From IMG/VR virus record IMGVR_UViG_3300024264_000013, positions 1 through 64,000 of that record: a stretch of 64,000 bases of DNA; one strand, 5' to 3'. Positions 9,282-17,616 of the stretch are shown piece after piece. The position numbers and the translations under genes were made by a program. A model generated the notes under the pieces. That model saw only the letters and a list, made by a program, of their open reading frames with translations. It was not told where the DNA came from and ran no database searches. The stretch comes from a virus. The number at the start of each line of letters is the position of its first letter. The stretch's first letter is position 1.

Positions 9282-10292
9282 ATGGCAGATCTAAACAAGT
9301 TCGAGAATATGCTCGAAAAACTAGTCAATGAAGATCGTGCTGGAGCAGAAGAATTGTTCCACGAGATCGTAGTTGAAAAATCAAGAGAAATTTATGAAAA
9401 CCTACTAGAAAATGATCTAGAGGAAACTGACAAAGAAGTAGACGAGTCTAGTAAAGACGAAGATGCTAATGAGTCTACAGATGAAGAAACTAAAGAATCT
9501 TCAGATGATGAAGACACTAAAGAGTCAGCAGACGAAGACTTAGACGAAGCAACTGACGAAGAAGTTGATGAGTCAAGCGACGATGAAGAAACCAAAGAAG
9601 GTTTTGACATGAACGAATTCGAAGTTGAACCAATGCCAGAAGCAGATCCAGCAGACGATATGATGGCTGATTTGGAAATGGGTGACGATGAAGAAGGTGA
9701 AGACGATGCTCCAGAAGGAGACGAAGACCTAGAAGATCGTATGGTAGACTTAGAAAAAGAATTAGACGACTTACGTCAACAGTTTAATGACGAAATGGGC
9801 GACGGCGGCGACGAAGGTGACGACGAAGACGCAGGCGACATGGGTGATATGGCTGATGACGAAGCAGATGACGAAGCAGAAGAAGAGTCATTTGATCTTG
9901 GCGTAGAAGAAGCGACAGACGAAGAAGTAGACGAAGCATCGAAAGATGAAGAAGTTGCAGAAAAGTCTGAAACTGAAACAATGCGTGAGTATGTTGAAAA
10001 AGTAACTGCAAGTATGGGCGACAATGGTGCAAACACTAAGTCAACTGTAGCAGGTGCTAACAACATGGGCGGAACATCTAGTAACTTAGTTGCTGGCGGT
10101 GAAGCAGACTCAAAAGGTACAACTGGTGGCTTAGCGGCAAACTCAAGTAAAGAAGATAACATGGGTAACATCAACGTACCAGGTGGTAAAGCATCGAAAA
10201 GCATGAAAGCACAGCCAAAAGGCCACGGCGCAGAAAAGAAAAGCGCAGGCGAAACTGCTGACAATAAAAAATCTACTATTGGCAGTAAATAA
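9282..10292 (+). CDS. Highly acidic prohead core protein (functional analogue of T4 gp67/gp68)
   Basis: Between portal and protease; very Asp/Glu-rich; repeated VDE/LDE/TKE-[SA] motifs like gp21 cleavage sites; AGGAG SD. Confidence 0.6.
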   Translation: MADLNKFENMLEKLVNEDRAGAEELFHEIVVEKSREIYENLLENDLEETDKEVDESSKDEDANESTDEETKESSDDEDTKESADEDLDEATDEEVDESSDDEETKEGFDMNEFEVEPMPEADPADDMMADLEMGDDEEGEDDAPEGDEDLEDRMVDLEKELDDLRQQFNDEMGDGGDEGDDEDAGDMGDMADDEADDEAEEESFDLGVEEATDEEVDEASKDEEVAEKSETETMREYVEKVTASMGDNGANTKSTVAGANNMGGTSSNLVAGGEADSKGTTGGLAANSSKEDNMGNINVPGGKASKSMKAQPKGHGAEKKSAGETADNKKSTIGSK

Positions 10293-10308
10293 TTAGGAGT
10301 AGAAGGCA

Positions 10309-10935
10309 ATGAATCTACTAAGCGAGAATTTGACATTCGACCAGGCTAAAATGGTTGTTGAGTCAACTGAAAACTCAAATGGAGGCAAAGATCTTTATTT
10401 AAAAGGTATTTGTATTCAAGGCGGAGTACGCAATGCAAATGAGCGTGTTTATCCTGTAAATGAGATTGGAAGGGCTGTCAAAACTCTCAATGATCAAATT
10501 GGGACTGGTTATTCAGTTCTCGGCGAAGTTGATCATCCTGAAGGCCTAAATATTAACCTTGATCGTGTTTCACATATGATAACAGATATGTGGATGGAAG
10601 ACAACAACGGTTATGGCAAAATGAAAATTTTACCGACCCCGATGGGACAATTAGTTAAAACAATGCTAGAAAGCGGAGTTAAACTAGGAGTTTCATCGCG
10701 TGGTTCGGGTGAAGTTAATGAGTCCGGCGATGTGTCGGGCTTTGAAATAATCACTGTGGACGTTGTGGCTCAGCCTAGCGCCCCTGGTGCATATCCAACA
10801 CCAATTTATGAACATCTTATGAATGCACGTGGGGGAATGAAGGCATATGAATTAGCACAGGCAACAAAACAAGACGACAAGGCACAAAAGTATCTTAAGG
10901 AATCGTTGATTAACATAATCAACAAACTCCAGTGA
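10309..10935 (+). CDS. Prohead core protease (T4 gp21-like)
   Basis: GICIQGGVRNANERVYP, LGEVDHP, LDRVSH.I, GVSSRGSG, DVVAQPSAPGAY motifs. Confidence 0.95.
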   Translation: MNLLSENLTFDQAKMVVESTENSNGGKDLYLKGICIQGGVRNANERVYPVNEIGRAVKTLNDQIGTGYSVLGEVDHPEGLNINLDRVSHMITDMWMEDNNGYGKMKILPTPMGQLVKTMLESGVKLGVSSRGSGEVNESGDVSGFEIITVDVVAQPSAPGAYPTPIYEHLMNARGGMKAYELAQATKQDDKAQKYLKESLINIINKLQ

Positions 10936-10951
10936 AACTAGGAGAAAAAGT

Positions 10952-12040
10952 ATGATAGATGCACTGAAAACACTCTTTGAAAACGATGTAGTTACTCAAG
11001 AAGTCAGAGCACAAATTGAAGAGGCTTGGGAAGGCAAGATTCGCGAAAACAAGCAGGCTGTAACGGCTGAATTGCGCGAAGAATTTGCTCAAAAGTACGA
11101 ACATGACAAAGCAACAATGGTGGAAGCCATTGATACTATGCTTAATGATCGTCTTGGAAGTGAAATTGCCGAGTTTGCAGAAGACCGCAAACAACTAGCA
11201 GAAGCCAAAGCAAAGTATGCTGTTAAGTTGAAAGAAAATGGAGACTTAATGAAAGCGTTTGTTATGGACCAACTAGGTAAAGAAGTCACTGAATTGCACG
11301 AAGACCAAAAGAAAATGGCAAGTAATTTTGCTAAACTAGAGGAATTTGTTGTAGAGGCTCTATCTAAAGAAATCGCAGAGTTCTTTGAAGATAAGAAAGA
11401 TCTAGCCGAGACTAAAGTACGTTTAGTACGCGAGGCTAAGAAACATTTCAATAAAGTGAAAACTTCATTTATTGAGAAAAGTGCAAAATTAGTATCCGAA
11501 ACAGTAAGTAAGAACTTGAATAAAGAGATTACTGCACTTAAAGAAGATATTAATGTTGCAAGAGAAAATGACTTCGGTCGTAAATTATTCGAATCTTTCG
11601 CAAGTGAGTATGCAAATAGTTACTTGAACGAAAAGAGCGAAACTTCAAAACTTCTAAAAATTGTAGATCTAAAAGATAAGCAAGTTGAAGAAGCGAAAGC
11701 ACAAGCGGTTAAGGCTATTGAATTAGCAGAAGCGAAAGCAACTGAAATCAAGAGAATTAACGAAAACGCAGAGCGAAACAAAGTAATAAACGGTTTGATT
11801 GCGCCATTAAGCAAAGATCAGCGTGAAATTATGACAGACTTACTGGAATCTGTTCAAACGAAGAAACTTAGTGATTCGTTTAACAAGTACCTACCAGCAG
11901 TTATTGATGGTAATGCTCCAGCGAAGAAGAAGGCAAAACTAGTAGAAGGCACAGAAATCACAGGCAATAGAACAACTAATATTAGTAGTAAAGCAGACGA
12001 GAATGTAGTTGACATTAGACGTCTTGCTGGATTAAATTGA
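10952..12040 (+). CDS. Prohead scaffold protein (T4 gp22-like)
   Basis: Coiled-coil E/K-rich protein between protease and MCP; C-terminal IRRLAGL. Confidence 0.85.
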   Translation: MIDALKTLFENDVVTQEVRAQIEEAWEGKIRENKQAVTAELREEFAQKYEHDKATMVEAIDTMLNDRLGSEIAEFAEDRKQLAEAKAKYAVKLKENGDLMKAFVMDQLGKEVTELHEDQKKMASNFAKLEEFVVEALSKEIAEFFEDKKDLAETKVRLVREAKKHFNKVKTSFIEKSAKLVSETVSKNLNKEITALKEDINVARENDFGRKLFESFASEYANSYLNEKSETSKLLKIVDLKDKQVEEAKAQAVKAIELAEAKATEIKRINENAERNKVINGLIAPLSKDQREIMTDLLESVQTKKLSDSFNKYLPAVIDGNAPAKKKAKLVEGTEITGNRTTNISSKADENVVDIRRLAGLN

Positions 12041-12052
12041 TAGGAGATAATT

Positions 12053-13225
12053 ATGTCAGAACTACTCGAAAGCCGCTGGCAGGAGACTAAAACTGCATTG
12101 TTGGAAGGCCTAAGCGGAACAAAAAAATCCGTTATGGGTGCAACTTTGGAAAATACTAGAAAGTATTTGTCAGAGACTGCAACAGCAGGTAGTACTTCAG
12201 CCGGTAACGTAGCAACTCTTAACAGAGTTATTTTACCAGTAATTCGTCGTGTAATGCCAACGGTAATTGCAAACGAATTAGTTGGCGTACAGCCAATGAC
12301 TGGTCCAGTGGGTCAAATCCACACACTAAGAGTCCGTTATTCGGACACTTTTAATGCAGGTGCATCAGGTGCAACTGCAGGTGAAGAAGCACTTTCACCA
12401 TTCAAGATTGCTGAGTCTTACTCAGGTGCAACAGACGGCAAAGCGGCAGCAACCGCGGCGCAAGAAGGTAGTGCCGGTAACAAACTAAGCATCCAGATCC
12501 TAAAACAAACTGTTGAAGCGAAAACTCGTAAGTTGAGTGCTCGTTGGACGTTTGAAGCGGCTCAGGACGCTCAGTCACAGCATGGTATCGATGTTGAAGC
12601 AGAAATCATGGCGGCATTAGCCCAAGAGATTACTGCTGAGATCGACCAAGAAGTTCTTGCTTCACTAAGAACACTTAGTGGTACAGCCGTTGAAACATAC
12701 GACCAAGCCGCAGTAAGTGGTACAGCAACTTTTGTTGGTGATGAGCATGCCGCGTTGGCAGTTCAAATTAACAGAGCGGCTAACTTAATCGCACAGCGTA
12801 CAAGACGTGGTGCTGGTAACTATGCAGTGGTAAGTCCATTTGCATTAACAGTACTTCAGTCTGCAACAACTTCAGCGTTCGCAAGAACAACTGAAGGTTC
12901 GTTCGAAGCACCAACAAACACTAAGTTTGTAGGTACATTGAACAACGCTATGAAAGTATATGTAGATACATATGCTGGCGATAGTACAGCAGTACTAGTA
13001 GGTTACAAAGGTTCATCTGAATCAGATGCACCAGCGTTCTACTGCCCATACATTCCATTAATGAGTAGTGGTGTTGTAATGGATCCGGATACATTTGAGC
13101 CAGTAGTGTCATTCATGACACGTTACGGCTATGTTGAACTATCCAACACAGCGTCTTCACTTGGTAATGCAGGTGACTACCTAGCGAATGTAGCGATTAC
13201 AAACGGTAACGTATCATTTAGTTAA
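12053..13225 (+). CDS. Major capsid protein (T4 gp23-like)
   Basis: LVGVQPMTGPVGQI..LR, VEAKTRKL.ARWT.E.AQD....HGID.EAE, EI..EIDQE, FYCPYIPL, F.P.....TRYG motifs. Confidence 0.97.
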   Translation: MSELLESRWQETKTALLEGLSGTKKSVMGATLENTRKYLSETATAGSTSAGNVATLNRVILPVIRRVMPTVIANELVGVQPMTGPVGQIHTLRVRYSDTFNAGASGATAGEEALSPFKIAESYSGATDGKAAATAAQEGSAGNKLSIQILKQTVEAKTRKLSARWTFEAAQDAQSQHGIDVEAEIMAALAQEITAEIDQEVLASLRTLSGTAVETYDQAAVSGTATFVGDEHAALAVQINRAANLIAQRTRRGAGNYAVVSPFALTVLQSATTSAFARTTEGSFEAPTNTKFVGTLNNAMKVYVDTYAGDSTAVLVGYKGSSESDAPAFYCPYIPLMSSGVVMDPDTFEPVVSFMTRYGYVELSNTASSLGNAGDYLANVAITNGNVSFS

Positions 13226-13245
13226 TAGGTATTTTACAAAATTAG

Positions 13246-13273
13246 AAATAGGGCCTACGGGCCCTATTTTTTT
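13246..13273 (+). terminator. Rho-independent terminator after MCP
   Basis: AAATAGGGCC-TACG-GGCCCTATTT followed by T-run; C(UACG)G tetraloop. Confidence 0.9.
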
Positions 13274-13286
13274 GACTAAATATTAG

Positions 13287-13330
13287 TACGTTCATCCTAA
13301 GGGACGGAAGTAGCATAAGCGAAGGAACGC
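13287..13330 (+). ncRNA. Glutamine riboswitch, glnA-motif type
   Basis: P1 CGTTC(13289-93)/GAACG(13325-29)C; P2 TCC-TAAG-GGA; junction CGGAAGTA; P3 GC-ATAA-GC; E-loop strand GAAG; matches the glnA three-way-junction consensus as recalled; follows ACTAAATA (13275-82). Confidence 0.75.
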
Positions 13331-13355
13331 ACTTAACTGTAAAAGGAAGAGTGTT

Positions 13356-13508
13356 ATGAATCACAGAGACTTCGAAGCGGCTCGTAAAAAGATCCAAACG
13401 AAATTAGCACACAAAGCGATACATCGCAAACAGATGGAAAGACCACTGTCAAGACCACGTGCTGAAAAGAACATACTTAGTACAGACCCAAGATTACAAA
13501 AAATTTAA
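13356..13508 (+). CDS. Unannotated 50-aa basic peptide downstream of the glutamine riboswitch
   Basis: MNHRDFEAARKKIQTKLAHKAIHRKQMERPLSRPRAEKNILSTDPRLQKI*; SD AAGGAAG at 13343-13349. Confidence 0.7.
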   Translation: MNHRDFEAARKKIQTKLAHKAIHRKQMERPLSRPRAEKNILSTDPRLQKI

Positions 13509-13527
13509 TATTTTGGTAAAAAAAAGG

Positions 13528-13556
13528 TTGACTTTATATATAAAGTCTGTTATATT
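13528..13556 (+). promoter_or_regulatory. sigma70-type promoter with overlapping 18-bp perfect palindrome
   Basis: TTGACT-17 bp-TATATT; palindrome GACTTTATATATAAAGTC at 13530-13547. Confidence 0.65.
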
Positions 13557-13562
13557 AAGTAC

Positions 13563-13779
13563 ATAAGCAACAGAAGAGTAATTAACTTTTGTTTATAGTG
13601 CAAGGAAGAGGCCTTTACCAGAAGGGTCTAACTTGACTGTCCAGGGGTGGTACCCAGGCTTGGTAGTAGAAATACGCTGAGTCACATCGCATTAACCCGC
13701 GGGGATAGGTTGTACGGTTTAGAAATGGTATTTCGGTCCGTACTTGTAGGTGTACCCAAGTCCTACCTATTTTGCTTAT
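13563..13779 (+). ncRNA. Structured non-coding RNA, manA-motif-like
   Basis: Closing stem ATAAGCAA/TTGCTTAT; several internal stems; blocks GTGCAAGGAAG, AACTTGA, AGGGGTGGTACCC and TTGTAGGT..TCCTACC recall phage manA RNAs; own promoter and terminator; no ORF. Confidence 0.55.
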
Positions 13780-13784
13780 ATTTT

Positions 13785-13809
13785 AAAAAGGCACTTCGGT
13801 GTCTTTTTT
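13785..13809 (+). terminator. Rho-independent terminator
   Basis: AAAAAGGCAC-TTCG-GTGTCTTTTTT; C(UUCG)G loop. Confidence 0.85.
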
Positions 13810-13932
13810 CTTGACAAATTTTCCTATATACTTTTATTTGATAAATACTTGTGTCGATAATCGTGCCGTGCAAGCGGACTTATGCAGAATTGACCCACTG
13901 CGTATTACTTAGAACGTAACAAGGAGAAACAA

Positions 13933-14382
13933 ATGGGAAGACCATTAAACAAAAGAAACTTTGGTGCGCCAACAGCAGGTGGATCAGAGATTAAAGTAAA
14001 TTTTCATAACGGAACAGCAGTTAAAGAGGGCTATATTGTAAAACAAAAAGGCTCTAAGAGATTTGTGTGTGAAGAAATTGGTACAGGTGGCGAATTTACT
14101 TGTACACTAACAACTGGTAAATTACCAGCGGCATTAGCGGCAGGCGAAATGTCAATTTCAGTACAAGGTAATGATGCAGAAACTTATGGTGTAAGTAAAA
14201 TTACAGGTCGTAAAGTTACTGTTGCTTCACCGAGTGCAACTGGTACTAACGTATTAGCAGGAACATCATTAGCATTCCAAATGGGTGCCGCGGCAAGTGC
14301 CGGCGTTGTACGCATGGAAGAAGCAGGCGATGACAACACACTAGTTGGAACTGATGACGACGACTTTACAGAAGACGCATAA
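13933..14382 (+). CDS. Virion structural protein, possible head decoration (paralogue 1)
   Basis: Late promoter GATAAATA at 13840; strong SD; MGRPLNKRNFG start shared with next gene. Confidence 0.6.
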   Translation: MGRPLNKRNFGAPTAGGSEIKVNFHNGTAVKEGYIVKQKGSKRFVCEEIGTGGEFTCTLTTGKLPAALAAGEMSISVQGNDAETYGVSKITGRKVTVASPSATGTNVLAGTSLAFQMGAAASAGVVRMEEAGDDNTLVGTDDDDFTEDA

Positions 14383-14390
14383 GGAATAAC

Positions 14391-14753
14391 ATGGGTAGAC
14401 CAGTCAATAAAAAGAACTTTGGAGCAACTGGCGTTGATGCCACACCAACAATACCAATTCGATTTCATGATGGATCAAATTTAATTGAAGGTAAGGTAGT
14501 AAGTCAACGTGGTAACGGTAAATTCCTTTGTTCAAATGATGCTGGAAATATTACAAGAATCTGTCGTTTGGTGAATGAAATTTCACCGAACGCACAGTTC
14601 GAAGCATCGTTAATTGGTATTGCTCCAGGAAGTAGTCCAAAGGTTATAAAGAAGATACATAACAGAACAGCAGTTGATTGGGATGGCAATCGATATACAT
14701 GGGAATGTCAAGATGATTCTACAGAATCATTAATGATATTAACTGCTATCTAA
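14391..14753 (+). CDS. Virion structural protein (paralogue 2)
   Basis: MGRPVNKKNFG..., FHDG....EG.VV.Q.G..KF.C shared with previous gene. Confidence 0.6.
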   Translation: MGRPVNKKNFGATGVDATPTIPIRFHDGSNLIEGKVVSQRGNGKFLCSNDAGNITRICRLVNEISPNAQFEASLIGIAPGSSPKVIKKIHNRTAVDWDGNRYTWECQDDSTESLMILTAI

Positions 14754-14769
14754 AGATGGAAATGAGTAA

Positions 14770-15747
14770 ATGAGCGCAAGTGTAGTAAGTATACCAAATA
14801 ATGATTATATTATTAAAGTAACTCCTGGTGGACAAATTACTTTTGATACAGGACCGTTACAGGGAGATGTTGTTTTTACAGGTAACATTACAGTTGGTGG
14901 TTCACAAACAATAGTTAATTCAACTAACCTAGATGTACAAGATAATATTATTACAGCAAATTACGGTGAAACTGGTTCTGGTATAACTTTAAATAAATCA
15001 GGACTGCGTATGGATAGAGGACTGTTAACAGATGCAGAATTTGTATTTGTTGAAACTATGCAATGGACTAATCCGTTAACTGATACACTAATAGACGGTG
15101 GATTTGTTTTTCAAAATATTGCAAATAGTTTAGTCGGTATTCAAACAAATAGTATTACTACAAGAGGCGGAGACTTGTATCTTATTAATGAAGGTACAGG
15201 AGTGATTAGTGTAACAGGTACTAATAACTACGAAGGTAGTGTAACTGATGACGATCATATTCCTAATAAAAAATATGTTGACGATGAAATTGTTACAGCA
15301 TTAACAAGTACATTCCAAAGACGTATTGAAGAAGGTAGTACTAGTAAATCATTTGTTGAAGTAAGAGATCGAGAAGTTTCGGGCGTACAAAGTGTTATTA
15401 ACTTTGACCTTGACGGTGTTAATGTTGGTAAAGTATTTGCTGACAGAACAGAACTACAAGATTTAAGAATTCAAGATAATATGATTGAAACATTAGTTTC
15501 AGATTCAGATTTAATTTTATCAGCACCTGGTACTGGAGGTATTAAGGTACTTGATAATATGACACTAACATCAACTCCTGCGATTGATGATGCATTAGCA
15601 GATCCAGCAGGTCCAGCAGACGGATTAAAACTTTATGTTAAAACTCCGGAAACAGGCGGTACAGGTTTATTTTTTAAACATGCTAACGCTACTACTGGAG
15701 AAATAATAAGTAGAAAGAATGCTCTATTATTGAGCATGTTATTTTAA
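14770..15747 (+). CDS. Structural/fibre-associated protein
   Basis: GNITVGG....VNSTNL.V.DNII..N, IPNKKYVD motifs typical of phage fibres; hydrophobic C-terminus. Confidence 0.6.
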   Translation: MSASVVSIPNNDYIIKVTPGGQITFDTGPLQGDVVFTGNITVGGSQTIVNSTNLDVQDNIITANYGETGSGITLNKSGLRMDRGLLTDAEFVFVETMQWTNPLTDTLIDGGFVFQNIANSLVGIQTNSITTRGGDLYLINEGTGVISVTGTNNYEGSVTDDDHIPNKKYVDDEIVTALTSTFQRRIEEGSTSKSFVEVRDREVSGVQSVINFDLDGVNVGKVFADRTELQDLRIQDNMIETLVSDSDLILSAPGTGGIKVLDNMTLTSTPAIDDALADPAGPADGLKLYVKTPETGGTGLFFKHANATTGEIISRKNALLLSMLF

Positions 15748-15759
15748 GGAAAGAGAAAT

Positions 15760-16098
15760 ATGGCCATAGCATCTACAGCAATAGCAAATACTGACACAGA
15801 CCTGCTACTTGTCCCAGGCGGCAAATCTTATGCTGTTTTGACAATTATGGTTTGTAATACTGACACACCAAATCCAGTTCATCAAGAACATGGAATAACA
15901 AATTTTGATTTACATCTTGTAGCAAACGGAGATGCAAAGTCAGATACTAATAAAGTGATTAATTCTTTACAATTACCTGCAGGTGAAACATTTACATTTG
16001 ACAGTGAAAAGATTGTTTTAGAAGCAGGCGATAAAATTGTAGCACTTGGTGAATCCCCTACAAACTTAGTTGCAACAGTAAGTTTCTTGGAAGTGTAA
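15760..16098 (+). CDS. Small beta-rich fibre adaptor-like protein (family member 1 of 3)
   Basis: TIMVCN...EKIVLEAGDKI pattern shared with 27563 and 38670. Confidence 0.6.
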   Translation: MAIASTAIANTDTDLLLVPGGKSYAVLTIMVCNTDTPNPVHQEHGITNFDLHLVANGDAKSDTNKVINSLQLPAGETFTFDSEKIVLEAGDKIVALGESPTNLVATVSFLEV

Positions 16099-16099
16099 T

Positions 16100-16600
16100 A
16101 TGAGATTAATAAAAGCACAAAGTACTAATTTAAGAAGTATACAAGGTACTGGAATTAAATATGATATCAACGGATTTAACCGAATGGGCGGTGAAACAGG
16201 CATAGTAGTTCCACTAGGTACTACTGCTCAAAGACCTATATTCCCAGAAAACGGTGTAATGAGATATAACACAGACCTTGAGGCTTTTGAAATTTATGCA
16301 GATGGTGTTTGGGGTGAAGTACGTAAAAAAGAACCAACTGAGATTGTGCAACAAAATTTAGGAAACGGTGATGCTAGTGAAACAATATTTGGACCATTAG
16401 TAAACGGAGATATTAATTTTCCAGCACCAGCATCAGCAAGAAATTTATTGGTGTTTATTGAAAACGTGTTCCAAATAGCAACAACAAACTATACATTAAT
16501 CCAAAATCCAGCAGGAAAAGCAGAAGGCTGGTATATATCATTTAGTAGTGCCCCTGACGTAGGCAAGCCGGTTACAGTATTACATAATTTTGATAAATAA
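16100..16600 (+). CDS. Structural protein
   Basis: VPLGTTAQRP...GVMRYNT...FEIY motif also present at C-termini of 17617 and 22678 proteins. Confidence 0.6.
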   Translation: MRLIKAQSTNLRSIQGTGIKYDINGFNRMGGETGIVVPLGTTAQRPIFPENGVMRYNTDLEAFEIYADGVWGEVRKKEPTEIVQQNLGNGDASETIFGPLVNGDINFPAPASARNLLVFIENVFQIATTNYTLIQNPAGKAEGWYISFSSAPDVGKPVTVLHNFDK

Positions 16601-16620
16601 AATTACTAGGAGAACAAAGA

Positions 16621-17577
16621 ATGGCATCGTTAAAATCATTACTAGGAAGTAGAAACTTTACTCAAGATGAAGGTAACCTTGAAAAAGGTAGAATTTATTC
16701 ATATATGAACGGTCAAATGTACAGTAAACTGTGTAATGGCTTTTGTTTCATTGCACCCGGTAACGGTGTAGCAACTATCGATTCATGGGGAGCAGGTGGC
16801 TCAGGCGCAAGAATGTGTTGTTGTGGTGGAGGACTACCAGGTAATTCAGCGGCATATACACGTAAGAAACACAGTATGTCCAGCGGACAAAGAGTTTGTG
16901 GATGTATTGGTAAATCATGCGGTAATGCTAGTTCATTATGTTTTAGAGGCTGTTCAGAACCTACAATGTATTGCTGGTTTAGTTCAGGTAGTAATGGTTG
17001 TGTTTGTTCAGAAGGTGGTAGAGGCGGAACAAGTTTTTGTTCAACTTCTCCAAGTTTATATTGCTGTTATAGAGCAAATGGTTTTTGTGCAACAAACAGA
17101 GGACCAAACTGTGGTATAGTATGTAATCACTGTAGTGGTATGTTCTGTGCAAGATCATATGGTGGCGAAACTAACTGTTGTGGTATTACATCGTGTGCAA
17201 GTTTCTTAGGATGTTATCCACAATGTACATGTATGCACTATTATCATGTTTCAGTTCCAGCAGGTATTTTCTCAAAAGAAGGTCTTATGGTAACATATGG
17301 CACAGAAGAAAATAATCCATATTCACGTTGGTCAGGAATGGGCGCACACCAATTTAGTTTAGCATTAAATGCGGCAAGTAGAAATCCATCAAGAGGTGTT
17401 TATCACGGTAGTTGTTGGATGGGTAACAGAGCATGTCAGTGTTACGAGCAATTAGGTTGTGGACACTTTGTACCATACGGAACAGGCGGAATGGCGGCTA
17501 ACCCATGTCCAGGTGTTAGAGATCACGGCTGGCGCGGCGGCGACGGTGCTGTACGTATTAAATTCGTCGAAGGTTAA
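16621..17577 (+). CDS. Cys/Gly-rich 318-aa virion protein (paralogue 1 of 3)
   Basis: About 32 Cys; WGAGG.G..MCCC...GNS..Y glycine-rich fibre-domain motif; late promoter GATAAATA at 16592. Confidence 0.65.
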   Translation: MASLKSLLGSRNFTQDEGNLEKGRIYSYMNGQMYSKLCNGFCFIAPGNGVATIDSWGAGGSGARMCCCGGGLPGNSAAYTRKKHSMSSGQRVCGCIGKSCGNASSLCFRGCSEPTMYCWFSSGSNGCVCSEGGRGGTSFCSTSPSLYCCYRANGFCATNRGPNCGIVCNHCSGMFCARSYGGETNCCGITSCASFLGCYPQCTCMHYYHVSVPAGIFSKEGLMVTYGTEENNPYSRWSGMGAHQFSLALNAASRNPSRGVYHGSCWMGNRACQCYEQLGCGHFVPYGTGGMAANPCPGVRDHGWRGGDGAVRIKFVEG

Positions 17578-17616
17578 TCTAAAAAAATCAAATAAATACT
17601 GTGTCAGGAGAATTAA

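Noticed and set aside
13705-13770. tRNA-like arm (ATAG...GTAGG/CCTAC-CTAT)
   Set aside because: No D-arm, TTC T-loop or CCA; it is a subdomain of the larger ncRNA
13811-13832. TTGACA followed by TATACT as a sigma70 promoter
   Set aside because: Spacing is only 10 bp; the late promoter at 13840 explains downstream expression
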